Below the pieces are notes generated by a model. It made no database searches, was not told where the DNA came from, and was given only the letters and a program-made list of their open reading frames with translations. The translations under genes were made by a program, and so were the position numbers. DNA of 64,000 bases from Phoronis australis (lineage: Eukaryota > Animalia > Phoronida). Where the stretch lies: contig NMRA01000160.1 in the NCBI GenBank assembly GCA_002633005.1, positions 728,591 to 792,590 of the forward strand, in the 5' to 3' direction. Positions 24,201 to 35,285 of the stretch are shown here, piece after piece. Position 1 is the first letter of the stretch; every line of letters starts with the position of its first letter.

Positions 24201-27200
24201 GGGACAAAGTATCAAAAAATATGTTCAAGGAAGGCTATAAGATCATACTGATGGCGGACAGTTCTAACTGAGATGTGCGACCCATTGGGTTTTAAAATGT
24301 CTATTGGAGAGATTTATCTGTGTCTAGTTCTATTGTAGTTCTCAACTACAGTAGGTTTCAAAGTAAGCTCTACAGCATTGTAATTTGACGTTTCTGCACA
24401 CAAACTGCAACAAAATATCCGTTCTTGTTCTACCCAAACACTGCAGTTCTGGCAAATTCTTGACAAATCTACAAGTGTGGCTCATTGCACCTTGTTGATT
24501 TAGCGATAACTTTCCATTTGAATAATGAGCGGCCAAGCACTATAACATTTGATTAAACTTTGCCTATGGTTCATTGGCAACAAAAAAGCCATCTTATTGT
24601 TACTAACGCTTGACAAAATTGACAATTAACGAAGTCTAGCAAGAAGTTTGTCCGAGATAACCAGAGGCTGACAGAATCCTGTCTGTCCGCGATAATTCTT
24701 TACTTATTTCGTACAAAAACAAACCGCCCAAATTGTAATTTTTCATTTTTCAAAAGCTGATTACTGCAAGTGAAGGAAATTTACCCAAAAGTTCTTTTAT
24801 GACATCTGCACAGTACAAATCATGCCAGTGAGACAAGATTTTCTTAAACTTTGGTTTGTAGACAATAGGCTACAGAGAATTTCACTTGTCGACCATAATG
24901 GTTGCTGAATAAGTGAAAAATTACTGTAGTTTTATTTTGAAACCTACTGTGTGTTGGCTTGTTGCCATTCACTACAAGCTGCCTGTATTCCATTGCAGTG
25001 TGCCGGTAGCATTATCGGCAGAGGAGGAGAGCGCATCCGCTCCATCCGCGCCAATTCTGGTGCCGGCATAACTATAGATGAGCCACTACCAAACACAAAT
25101 GAGAGAGTCATCACCATTCAGGGTTCCGAGTCGCAGATTACAAAGGCCAAATTTCTTCTGAAGCAAGCGTAAGTTTCCCAGGTTTCAGTTATCTGATCTG
25201 CCTTTACTTGATCACGCAGGAGTTGACAACAGAGAGCGACGAATTTCGGACCGACCTGAATACCACTGTGCCCCCTAATGGCAATTTTATTTTTTATCTC
25301 TGCTCTGTATTTTCAAATGTCCTCAACCGATTTTCATGAAATTTGGCTTATAGGTATGTGTTAATGAGATGATGCTATCCTCCCATTTTCGGATGGATTA
25401 GAGCCATTTTGTGCCATCTAATGGCCTTTTTATGCGCCCACATATTTATATGTGGACGCATTATGCCGTCATCTCCGTCCGTCCGTACGGGCGGCATCCG
25501 TCCGGTGTCCGCTGCTCTATCTCCAAAACCCTTTGACATATGTTCATGAAATTGGCACATATGTTCCATTCATGAATGGGACGGCATGTGCGAACTTTCG
25601 GACGGATCCGACTACTGGTGTGCCCCCTAGTTGCAATTTTAGTTTTTTACGCTTACCTTTGTATCTTCAAAAGTCCTGAACGGATTCTCATGAAATTTGG
25701 TATGTAGGCACCTATTAGTGAGGTGACGCTATCCTCCCGTTTTCAGATGGATTCGACATAGTTTGCGCCACTTAGTGGCCATTTTTAGTGTTTTCGAGTC
25801 TGTTTTTGTGCGTCCACNACTCACATTTTGCCCCTAGCCTATTGAGGAGACAATGACCATGCCTTTCCACTTTGCAAAGTACAACATACTACATATATGC
25901 CCTCTACTGGCCACTTTATGGTACCAATAAACAACCCTAGAAGGATACCGTATACGGTGCAATTGTGGGTGCATTTCAACGCTCTGCGTTGCTCTTGTTT
26001 ACTATTTTCATGTCCGTTTTTTGGCGTCCGCCCCTCGCTCAACCAAGCCACTCTGAGGATAATTGTGAAAATTGGCATGTATATTCCTACTATGAAGAGG
26101 ACAGTTGACAATGATTTTCCGACGACTTTGGCTACTGTGGCGCCTCCTAGTGGCAGTTTTGTTTTTTTTTTGTGCCCATGGCTGTATCTCCTAAACCGTT
26201 GCCAGGATCTTTACTAAATTTAGGGAATGTAATTATATTATGTTGGCAACAGATGACGACTTTCGGACTGATCTGATTACCAGTGAGCCCTCTAGTGGCA
26301 ATTTTAGTTTTTTACGTTGACCTCTGTATGTTCAAAGGTCCTCAACGTAGTTTCATAAAATTTGGCATGTAGGCATCTATTAGTGAAATGACGCTATCCT
26401 CCTGTTTTCGGATGAATTTGACGTAGTTTGCGCCACCTAGTGGCAATTTTTACTGTTTTCGATTGTTTTTTGGCATTCACCCCTCTATCAAACAAACCAC
26501 TCTAAAGATGATTGTGAAAATTGGCATGTATGTTCTTAGTACGTAGTGTGTAGACTAGATATTTGCAGCCTCTTCACCTGTGGATGAAGACATTGAATTG
26601 TGTCTCGTTTTTCCCCATGTGTGGGTGGGCACAGGTTGTTGCACACCGGTGCTAATAGCTTTCATTGCGACGATAGAGTGGACAGTGGTTTGAGTTAATC
26701 GTTTTATTAATCACGACCATACGTTCACAAGCCTACTCAAGCGAAACGTCCTACGTAATGTCTGTTCTATGCTCCAACCAGTGCAGCGAAGCCTTGACTT
26801 GTGATGAACTGAGACACTTTCAGCAACTCAACTCTAACTCTCCAGCAACTAACTGGTGTTCACTTTCAACTGACTGTCCCAAACCCGTGTCTGGGTATTT
26901 GTAGACTAATGCATTGTTCTAAAACTTTTCACCAATTCAAGCAGATTCTAGAACTTTCTGGACTCTAACCAATCATTCAAGAAACATATACTAGGCTCTA
27001 GAATGCTCCTCACATATGCTAGATTCTTCTGGAATATTCCACCTATTCTGAAGTAAACAAATTACATCGTTACTGTGCTGACCTCAGGGATCATGCCAAT
27101 CAAACAGAACACTAAAACAAACCAAAACTAAGAACAGTGTCAGTCTAAATTCTGACAAATTGCGTCTTAACAAGCTGTATATTGATACTGACAAGGTCCT

Positions 27201-28961
27201 TAAATTTACTCGTATCCAATTGCATAAGTTACCCACGACCACACTTAAACAACCATTTTCTGTTTGATCATAACTTTTATGATCAGATTGACGGAGTGGC
27301 CATGAGTTCACCCTGGGCCCAGTGTTAGCTATTATTTTCACATGCAATCTTGAGACTTAAGCTCTGGCTACTTGTCCACCAGACTGTAAACCACAATAGG
27401 TATGTGGACGTTAGTTTGTTGTGTTCTCATCCAAGAACTTAGTCAACACCTTTTTCAATCACATGAACAATATGCATCCGTCCATCAACCTCATCAGTGA
27501 ATCTTAGCACGAGTCGTGTTTACCTTGGTTAAACGTTAGAATAGCACAATTGTTACATCTGTATATTGCCCAGGTTTTCTGGGCTTTATCTTAAATTTGA
27601 TAGTTTTGTGCCGATCCAATACAAGAGAGGTCGAGTCAATTTCTTTTTACACCATGCCTGGAGTATTTGTTCCACCAATTTAAATTTTGATAGTGGTAAT
27701 TTTAGTTTTTTTTTGCATTTGCCTCTGTATTTACGGAGTTCCACGGTTGGCGACGACTTGAGGAAGGATCTAACTACCATTTTATCCACTAGTGGGCAAT
27801 TTTATTTTTTCACGTTTTTCTCTGTATCGTTTTCATGAAATTTGAGGGATAGATTTTATTTAAGAGGTGATGACTCTTTTGCATTTTGGATAGATTCAGC
27901 GTATAGTTGTACGCCACCTAGTGCCCATTGTTATGTTCTAGTTTGTTTTTAGCGTCCATCTCTAGACTGACAAACCACTCGGAGGGGGGACAAATCAAAT
28001 TTTTACCTTCCACCTATCGCTCATAGAGAATCCTGCAATGTTGATTACCGTAAAGTGATCTTGTTGATATGAGTTAAATGTTATTAGAAGAAGAAAATTA
28101 GCTTGGTTGCACTATTGGAGCATTTTTGCAATTCAAGATGTTTTTGAAGTTTTTGCAGTTGTGTTCCTGTCGACATCTGATGGATGGATGCGACTACTAT
28201 TGTGGTTCCTAATGGCATTTTTTTGGTTGCTTTTCCATCTTTGGGGTTCTTTGACGTATTTTCATAAAATTTTGCAAATTATTTGGAGAGACAACAACAC
28301 CTTCCCATTTTTGGATGGGTTCAATGTATTCTGAGTCATCAAGTGGCCATTTTTATGACAATTAGACACCCCTATAAGCACACTGTTTGCAGTGCAGTCG
28401 TGGGCAAATTTCAACGCTCCGCGTTACTCTTATTTGTAATCTGAAACCTGTAATTTTCATACTTGTGTTTTCAACATTGTTTAGTGAGTGATGGGTGTGT
28501 AGTAGTGCCACTAGGTGGCAGTCCGTGAACTGCAAAGCCCTGACAGCATTAAGTTAAGTCAAGTGGTTATGTAGAAGCTCTTTCTCAAAACAGTTTAGGA
28601 AAATCTTTAGTTTAGTGCGTGTTATTTTGAGACCAGATGACATAGCTTAATTATTGGTGGGTTGTCAGCCAGTTCATGCATGTCCTAGGCTGTGATCTCT
28701 GGAACTCGAGACTCAACTCAGACCTGAAAATTAACCAGAAGCGTGGCATGACTCTAGTACAACTTTATAAGCTTATTTAAAGCGTGCCTCAGGAGATTAA
28801 AGAACAGTCCATGGATCTTGTTTGCATCTTGGAGCCAGTTTATTTTGTTTCATTTGGCTGCTCAGGAAGAATCTTTGCTAATTAGCATGAGCAAACCTTG
28901 TTGATCATGTTCCGTCTGATGTTTCAGGGCTATGGAGAAGCAAGGAGGAAGTCGATACTAA
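9186..28961 (+). CDS. HNRNPK: hnRNP K orthologue, 13 coding exons, 409 aa: join(9186-9213,10363-10475,13524-13580,15327-15370,15812-15884,17770-17886,19162-19290,20321-20472,21727-21864,22420-22534,23180-23239,24999-25168,28928-28961)
   Basis: All introns are GT-AG, phases are compatible and the total is 1230 nt. Translation gives a bipartite NLS (KRSLD...IKRFK), KH1 ([26 protein letters not shown]...[11 protein letters not shown]...IIPTLED), KH2 ([30 protein letters not shown]...CPGSTDRV), an RGG linker and KH3 ([24 protein letters not shown]...[17 protein letters not shown]), collinear with vertebrate hnRNP K. Confidence 0.95.
9625..9975. repeat. Interspersed repeat family 'ccctagtggcaatttt / ttcatgaaattt' (other copies about 25240-26545, 27690-28430, 30425-30980, and inverted at 58330-58890)
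   Basis: Recurrent modules gatccgact...cctagtggcaatttt and catgaaatttgg, with a (CGTC)n head at about 25474. Class uncertain, resembles Helentron-associated elements. Confidence 0.65.
10363..10475 (+). CDS. HNRNPK: hnRNP K coding exon 2 (NLS and start of KH1)
   Basis: ctgcag|...aag|gtaggt; [37 protein letters not shown]. Confidence 0.93.
13524..13580 (+). CDS. HNRNPK: hnRNP K coding exon 3 (KH1 GxxG loop)
   Basis: cttcag|...gag|gtaggt; [19 protein letters not shown]. Confidence 0.96.
15327..15370 (+). CDS. HNRNPK: hnRNP K coding exon 4 (44 nt, KH1)
   Basis: ctgcag|...cg|gtatga; [15 protein letters not shown], compare human YNASVSVPDSSGPER. Confidence 0.93.
15812..15884 (+). CDS. HNRNPK: hnRNP K coding exon 5 (end of KH1)
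   Basis: tttcag|...gat|gtaagt; [24 protein letters not shown]. Confidence 0.94.
17770..17886 (+). CDS. HNRNPK: hnRNP K coding exon 6 (first half of KH2)
   Basis: tgacag|...gag|gtaagt; [39 protein letters not shown]. Confidence 0.96.
17929..18428. mobile_element. hAT-like MITE, TIR CAGGGCTTGGAAT, in hnRNP K intron
   Basis: 13-bp perfect TIR, ttccgc subterminal repeats, flanked on both sides by ATATAT. Confidence 0.85.
19162..19290 (+). CDS. HNRNPK: hnRNP K coding exon 7 (second half of KH2)
   Basis: tctcag|...gat|gtaagt; [43 protein letters not shown]. Confidence 0.95.
20321..20472 (+). CDS. HNRNPK: hnRNP K coding exon 8 (SPVKG...YGGF and RGG repeats)
   Basis: tttcag|[51 protein letters not shown], phase-2 donor ag|gtacga. 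Confidence 0.9.
21727..21864 (+). CDS. HNRNPK: hnRNP K coding exon 9 (Gly/Arg/Phe-rich)
   Basis: tttcag|...cag|gtgagc; [46 protein letters not shown]; symmetric phase 2, 138 nt. Confidence 0.9.
22420..22534 (+). CDS. HNRNPK: hnRNP K coding exon 10 (Gly-rich)
   Basis: ttctag|...atg|gtgagt; [38 protein letters not shown]. Confidence 0.9.
23180..23239 (+). CDS. HNRNPK: hnRNP K coding exon 11 (start of KH3)
   Basis: ttccag|...gat|gtaagt; [20 protein letters not shown]. Confidence 0.92.
24999..25168 (+). CDS. HNRNPK: hnRNP K coding exon 12 (KH3)
   Basis: ttgcag|[57 protein letters not shown]|gtaagt. Confidence 0.96.
25240..26545. repeat. Large multi-module copy of the 'cctagtggc' interspersed repeat in the last hnRNP K intron
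   Basis: Internally repeated modules (gacgctatcctccc, tttgcgccac.tagtggc). Confidence 0.7.
26558..27680 (+). mobile_element. Degenerate Penelope-like element RT fragment, split by a solo LTR
   Basis: DICSLFT..VDEDIEL (26560-26600), then after the [32 protein letters not shown] and [19 protein letters not shown]...AWSICS. Confidence 0.85.
26601..27157 (-). mobile_element. Solo LTR (TG...CA, 5-bp TSD AATTG), same family as 59814-60462
   Basis: Reverse-complement similarity to 59814-60462 over the whole length; exact TSD. Confidence 0.9.
28928..28961 (+). CDS. HNRNPK: hnRNP K terminal coding exon ([10 protein letters not shown])
   Basis: ctgatgtttcag acceptor in phase 2, TAA at 28959-28961, followed by a U-rich 3' UTR with AATAAA. 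The same structure is conserved in the paralogous copy at 614-647. Confidence 0.8.
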
Positions 28962-29270
28962 AGACTACAGACCTATGCATCTGATAAACACTCTGCTTGT
29001 GGTTTCAGTTTCTGTTTTTAGTAGTAGCATGTAATTCAGTTTTAACTGTCCCCATTTTAAATTTGACTTGTATGTTGTAAACTGTCCTTTTACTACTTTG
29101 TAAATATGATACTTTGCAAAATTTCACTGTAGGATTTGGTGATAATTGATACCGACCTAGTATTTTTGTGTAGGCAACTGCTAATTAATAAGGACAGAAG
29201 TATTGCTGGTGTAGATTTTTATTGGGTCTGACTTGTTTCCAATAAAACTGACCTATTTTGTGAAATCATT
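28962..29270 (+). promoter_or_regulatory. hnRNP K 3' UTR with poly(A) signal AATAAA at 29241-29246
   Basis: AATAAA followed by T/GT-rich sequence; also present in the duplicate (986-991). The cleavage site is inferred. Confidence 0.65.
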
Positions 29271-29507
29271 GATTTGTTTTTATTAGCTTGTCTGAGCTGA
29301 GCACTCAGTCACATTGTGTCTGAGGCTCTCCTCTGACAGTAGCAGTTCTCAGGGTTATGCCATGATGGAATACTGGGCATGTGACTCAGTGTAAAGATCA
29401 TGATTTGCACTATGTCCTAAACAAATAGTGCAAGTAAGCTTGGGAAAGACGTGGTGAATTGGGTGTAAGCATGCGCGCACCCAGCCTTCAATATGGGGGG
29501 CTCGAAT

Positions 29508-29932
29508 AGGCCTTTTGCGAGTTTATAACAATAACGCGAGATTATGTGAGACTTAACTGTTACGTCACGGGAAGTGGGGCNTTGATTTTATTTGCTGTAT
29601 TGTGAAGTGAATATCTTTTTATGGGGATACACTATCGCCCCTGTATTCCTGCGCCATTCAGGCCTAGAGCGGGTTAAGTTCCAATTTCAGTCCGTTCACA
29701 GCTTCGCACAACATAACAAAGTCACGTTTTCTTCGTCTATTCACAGTTATTCCACGACCCATCTACCACATCTTAAGTTGTTTTAACGTTTTAAGCGTAA
29801 AATTCACCATAAGAACTCCAGTAAGTTTTAGCGTGTGTAGCAAAGACTCGGGGCAAAACAAGAGCAATATGGCGGGTTTTGCCCCCTTTCCGGTGACGTC
29901 ACAGTGACTAGCGAGAAACTCGCAAGTGAGCT
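29508..29932. mobile_element. MITE inserted into the family-A MITE (absent from the paralogous copy)
   Basis: Imperfect TIRs (ttgcgagttt / aaactcgcaa; acgtcacgggaagtggggc / gccccctttccggtgacgt). Empty site gaattcc at 1253-1259 implies an AT duplication. Confidence 0.85.
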
Positions 29933-32900
29933 ATTCCTGACGTGGACCTTTTGGTAACAAAAAAGGGGTTGGTCTAAAAAAAATTAAAAAATACGGGGGC
30001 ACCACTGTGAATTGCAGGTTTGTTCTTGTTTATTGGACTTTTCTCTCATTTTCTCGGACTTTTTGTTACTCAGAGGTGGACCTTTTTGCCCACTTCGCCA
30101 AATGTGGAGAGCCCCCCTTGGGTGCGCACATTGTTAGGCACGATGCCTTGTCTGCAGTGATCATGGAACGTGCACTGTGTGTAACGCAAAAAGGCACTGA
30201 TTTTGCATTCTCTTCTGTTGAGCAAATATAATGACCTCACTATTGAGCGGGGTCTGTTGGTCGTCGTGTTTGCATAGTAAAATTGAATTCAGACTCCAGA
30301 CGCTGGGGTATTTGCTGAGCTGTTCAGGTCACTTTTTATTGTTAGTCGATAGTAAATACGGTACGTGTCGGGAGAATGGTGATTTTAAAATAACGAGAAA
30401 CTATTTCCAAGGTTATCGGGATCTGTATGCTTGCACCCATGTGGGTGCATTGTGCCATCGTCCACTCGGTTGCTGCGTTTCCAAAATCCCTTGGGGATTG
30501 TTTGTGAAATTTTGCCTACATTTTCGCACAGATCCGATGTACCTCCTAGTGATAATTTTAGTTGTTTGCTTTTACCTCTGTATCTACGGAGTTCCACGGA
30601 TGGCGACGACTTGAGGAAGGATCCTCCACTAGTGGCAATTTTATTTTTCACTTTTTTCTCTGTATCGTTTTCTTGAAATTTGAGGGATTGGTTTTATTTA
30701 AGAGGTGACGACACCTTTGCATTTTGGATAGATTCGGCGAAAAGTTGAACGCCATCTAGTGGCCATTGTTATGTTCTAGTTTCTTTTTTGGCGTCCATCT
30801 CGAGACCGACAAACCACTCGGAGGGGCGACAAATCAAATATTCATCCTTCCCCTATCGCCCATGGAGAACCCTGCACTGTTGATTACCGTAAAGCGTTCT
30901 TATTGATATGTGTTAAATGCTATCAGAAGAACAAAATTAGCTTGGTTGCACTATTGGAGCATTGCAATTCAAGATGGCGGATGCTGCCATTTTGAATAAC
31001 GGCCCATTTACTTATTTTCGACTTGATGGCGTACTAGGTCATGCAGTATATCGTTTATACCTTTTTTCTGTGATGTGGAGTACATTTCTGATATTGATGC
31101 GCAGCCATTGTCAACATCAAGTGCCAAAACTTCCTGACATCCTTCTGGTATTTAGTTTTCCTCGCATAGTTCGGCACCTTTTATTTTCTTCACTAAGTAC
31201 TTCCAGAGATTTTCTTAAAATGCTGATAATGGGACATTTTAGTGTGCCAAACATCTTTGCTCGTGATCGAGTTTCCAGTGTTGGTAGTCTATTGGCACAC
31301 TAAAGAAAGCATTTGACTCGTCATTCAGCATTTGCTAGAGTCTCGTCCAGTATGGTCAGCGGAATGTCTCTGTCTCCGATTCTCTGTGCGCATTCAGTCT
31401 CGCCACAGCCGTGTTGCTACTGAAGTTCAACTCGAATGTGGCCTAGATTTGTGAAGAGATCATGGTTTATCCGACTGGAAGAGTCGCCTTTTTAAGTCGA
31501 CACTTAGTGGCTCTCTGTTTGCATTCTTTCTTCCACAGCCCTTTTCTCATGATGAGGTCCTCGCAATTCTGTGTGCAGTGGTTCAGCAGTTTTCAAAATA
31601 ATCGCAGACAAGGTCGAAAATTGACTAGAATCCGTTTCAATTCTAGCTAGTAAATCTCGACAACTCCTTGCCAGGTGTTGCTTCATACACGTTGCCATAA
31701 TCTCGACAATTTACTGTGTAAATCCGTTCATAAATAGGCAATTAGCGACTAGGCACGCTTATTTCACATAAGTGCCACAAAAACAATATTTAATATATAA
31801 ACAACTTGAAATGAAGTACGATGAATTTGTAGAGCGCTGGCAAGGTCTTGATCTTTTTGTTTATTATGAATGAATCATAGCCTCTACTTGTTTGTAATGT
31901 TGAATTACTTTGTACATATCGGCAATGTAAGTTGACCTTTAAGTTAACTGATCATTGACTACACAAAAAGTTATTGTAGTGTGTAATTGTGTGACCTGTA
32001 TCGTACCATGCGCGCACCCAGCCTGAAATGTAGGGGGGACTTAAATTTTGAGAATGTGAACCTTTTACTAAAAAACAAAAAACGGGGACTAAAAACAACA
32101 ACAAAACGGGAACTACGAAATGAAAAAGGGGTACCATGCTCAGAGCTGTGAATTGTGCATTCCCGCCGAATTCCTGCCTTTTCAGAACTCAATTTGTCTC
32201 GTTTTCTCGGACTTATTTTTCTCTGAGGCTGACCTTTTTGCCCACTTCGCCAAATGGAGGGGGCTCGTTCGAGCCCCTGAGTCCCCCTTCATGGGCGCGC
32301 ATGCGTAGGTCTACCTATGATATTGAATAAAAAATATTTAATTGAGATGCAAGTTGGACTAAGGCTCAAAATGATTCTGGTTAGAAGTTTATCCTCATGT
32401 TTGGCAGAGCACGAGTAACTTTGTTTAGTTTATTTTTAAATTTACTGTGTATTGAGCACCCGCATGACAAAACCGCGGTACAAACTCACCGTAAGAAAGG
32501 AGAGATATCAAACGGATAAAAGGTTCTCGGGTACAAAGGGCATTTTAACAAAAGCTGAGCAAGATGTGTGGAAACTGGTGGGCTGGTCTGTTCGCGAGCA
32601 AAGAAAATTATGTCCATGACAGGCTGAAAAGTGAAAACTAGTGCTGCCTCAGTTGGATCGCGGGAATTTGAAACCGTGAGAGGTTCAAGCGTGCGGTGAG
32701 AGAAGAATCGGCTGAGCGGCGTGCGGTATATCAGATCAAGGGAAGTGGCCGGGAGGGAGTTAAAGGAACGGTTCAGTTGAAATAATGTGGCGTGGGAGCT
32801 AATAATTACACGGCCGGTGTGGGATACAACAAAACGCCGGAAAGTGCCTGGTGCTAGACCGGGGACTTCGTGTGAGACAAGAATAGCGTGCGTGAGAGAA

Positions 32901-34629
32901 GAATTTCTGTACTCTGCCAATCCCGTACGATGCACAGGAAAGGAAGTCTGCTCTTTACTTTTTATTCACTTATATGTAGAAGTTCACATTTAAGAGCATG
33001 TTCGCGAATGGACCAGGCAGAGGGTGATAAACGCTATGTCACAGATTCTCTTATTTTGTCTGTGAGACGACACTGGCCCCATTTACTGCAGGCCACCTTT
33101 ATTTTTTTCAAAACGCCCCCTTTTGGTTTCCATGGATACTATTTGTTTCCGACAAGTTTTGAGCCTGGCGGCAGTTAAGTTTTAGTAAAATTCCGACAGT
33201 TACGTTTCGCAGTGGACGTAACGTTGAAACATTGAACCTGTGTTATTGATCAGGTGTGACCTTCGACTACTTTATTCATGAAAATTTAAAAGATTTCGAT
33301 AATTTTTTGTCTGTTTTTAGAGCCGTATAAGATGAGTACTTTTAGTGATTTTTGAAACTGTTAAAATTGGCTAAATTTGTATCCCGATTTCTCAGATGGC
33401 ACAGGTTTCAGAACATTTTAGTGCCAACCAGTGTGTTGAGCTATTTTAGGTCTACAAAATAAGACAAAAAATTTCCTGGCGCGAACGGATTTCATGTCAT
33501 TTGAAGTAAAAAATGACTGGTGGTTACGCCATTTCACCACGATGAGTAATGGCGACAAACGTCAACATAAAGTGAACATTTGTTAATAGTTGGCCAGCAA
33601 ACGGCGAAGCAATTGATCATTCATCAAATTTCGTATTTTCTAGGCACTGAGGGATACACTACTTTATTTCTAAAAAGTGCTCGTAGTCATGGAATTAGGA
33701 TACTTACTACAAATAGCAGTATAGTTTTGGCAGGACACCTTTTGCGAGAGTCGAAATTCAAATTTCACTGGTTTTACAAAGCTCAGTAATTTTATTTGCA
33801 CGGCTAAAAACAAAAAAACACACCGCCGACAAATCATTTTCACATTTTCCTTCAAAAATCGTTACTGTGGGTTAGCTGTGGAGTGTGTCTGAACAAACTT
33901 TTTTTTTGGGAATCTTCAAGTGGTTTTGATGCAGGGCGTTAAAAGCGGAGGACAGTGTCAAGGTGAAAGATTCATTGGCAATTACAGGCAAATGCAAAAC
34001 CAGTGGTCAGAGTCATTCCGTGGACGTTATATAGCCGCCAGTGTCCCAATAACTTCACTTTTGAAGTGGTATGGCTGGCTAATGTTATCATTTTGCTATC
34101 TGCGCGCATTTTGTTGTGATTGACATAAGTGAAAATGGGAGACTATCGAGTAGCAATGGGGGCTGACAACATGGAACCAGCTACCAGTGAGAAGATACTT
34201 CACCTGCGCAGTGGGAGGCACAGAGTAACGTAGTTGAATAAGTGTGTGGGACTAGTTGTGAGAAGTCTAAAGAGTGAATTCATATTACTTCCCAGTCCTC
34301 CAGAGGGCAAAGGTACATGTATCCTGTTCCAGGTGATCAGCTGTTACTTGACTATATAAGTGCCTCATGTTGGAAGCATGATCCACTGCAGAGGTCATGT
34401 GAAAGAAGTGAGGATGATAAAGGCTGCTTTCAGTGTAAAGTCCATAAGTACACGACAAGTATTGTATTGTAGCTCATGTTTTTCCATGACCTCTCAGCAG
34501 GCAAACAATATACAGCATATAAACTTTGAAACTCAGTTCAAAATATAACTTCATGCACATTGGGTTCTAACTGCTAAGTCTTCGAGGTGCTTTAATAGCA
34601 AGACTACCAACTTTCTAAGGCAAAATCAC

Positions 34630-35285
34630 ATCAGAGATATCTAAATGTGGTATTTGATCTAAGTGCTAATGGACTGGCTCAAATAGGAGACTCCTCAGTA
34701 TGTTAGTTGTTCAAAATACAGATGATCTCGTTTACATGTACCTCCTCATCCCATACGGTACACGTAACTCCCCAGTCTGTATATGCAATGTTGGACCACT
34801 TTAAAGTAAATAGTGACATTTAATGCGACTAGAATACGGTTTAACACTCATTGCCTGGTTAATTTATACAAACTACCATGGAAATCACGAGATGTCTAAA
34901 TGTGTTAAAAGATCTAAATGCCAGTGAATTGGCTCAAACATGACACTCCTGATGTTAACAATTCAGAACTTGAGACAGGTGACCTCGGCACCTCCTTTAA
35001 CTCATCATCACATACCGTACAAATAACTCTCATTCTGCAAAAACGATGTTGGAACAGATTAAAGTCAAAATGACATTTAATGTGACTGTAATCTGGTTTA
35101 ACACTGGTCATCCAGTTAAGTGGTACAAAGTAACATGGAAAAACGAGATATGTAAATGTGTTCTTTGATCTAAATGCCAGTGAATTGGTTCAAGTATGAC
35201 ATTCCTAATGTTTACCTTTCAAAATACAGGGCCCCTCCCTAAACTTGTCATCACATATACTACGAGAAACTAACCCGTCTGCTTA
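34630..35285. repeat. Diverged tandem repeat, period about 255 bp, about 2.5 units
   Basis: gagat.t.taaatgtg...gatctaa.tgc recurs at about 34634, 34889 and 35145; gacatttaatg.gact...ggtttaacact occurs twice. Confidence 0.8.

Noticed and set aside
32486-33240. 149-aa minus-strand ORF with EAALVFTFQP, and a nearby gttacgt/acgtaac hairpin, possibly a Penelope GIY-YIG end
   Set aside because: The similarity is limited to one short motif and is too degenerate to call.
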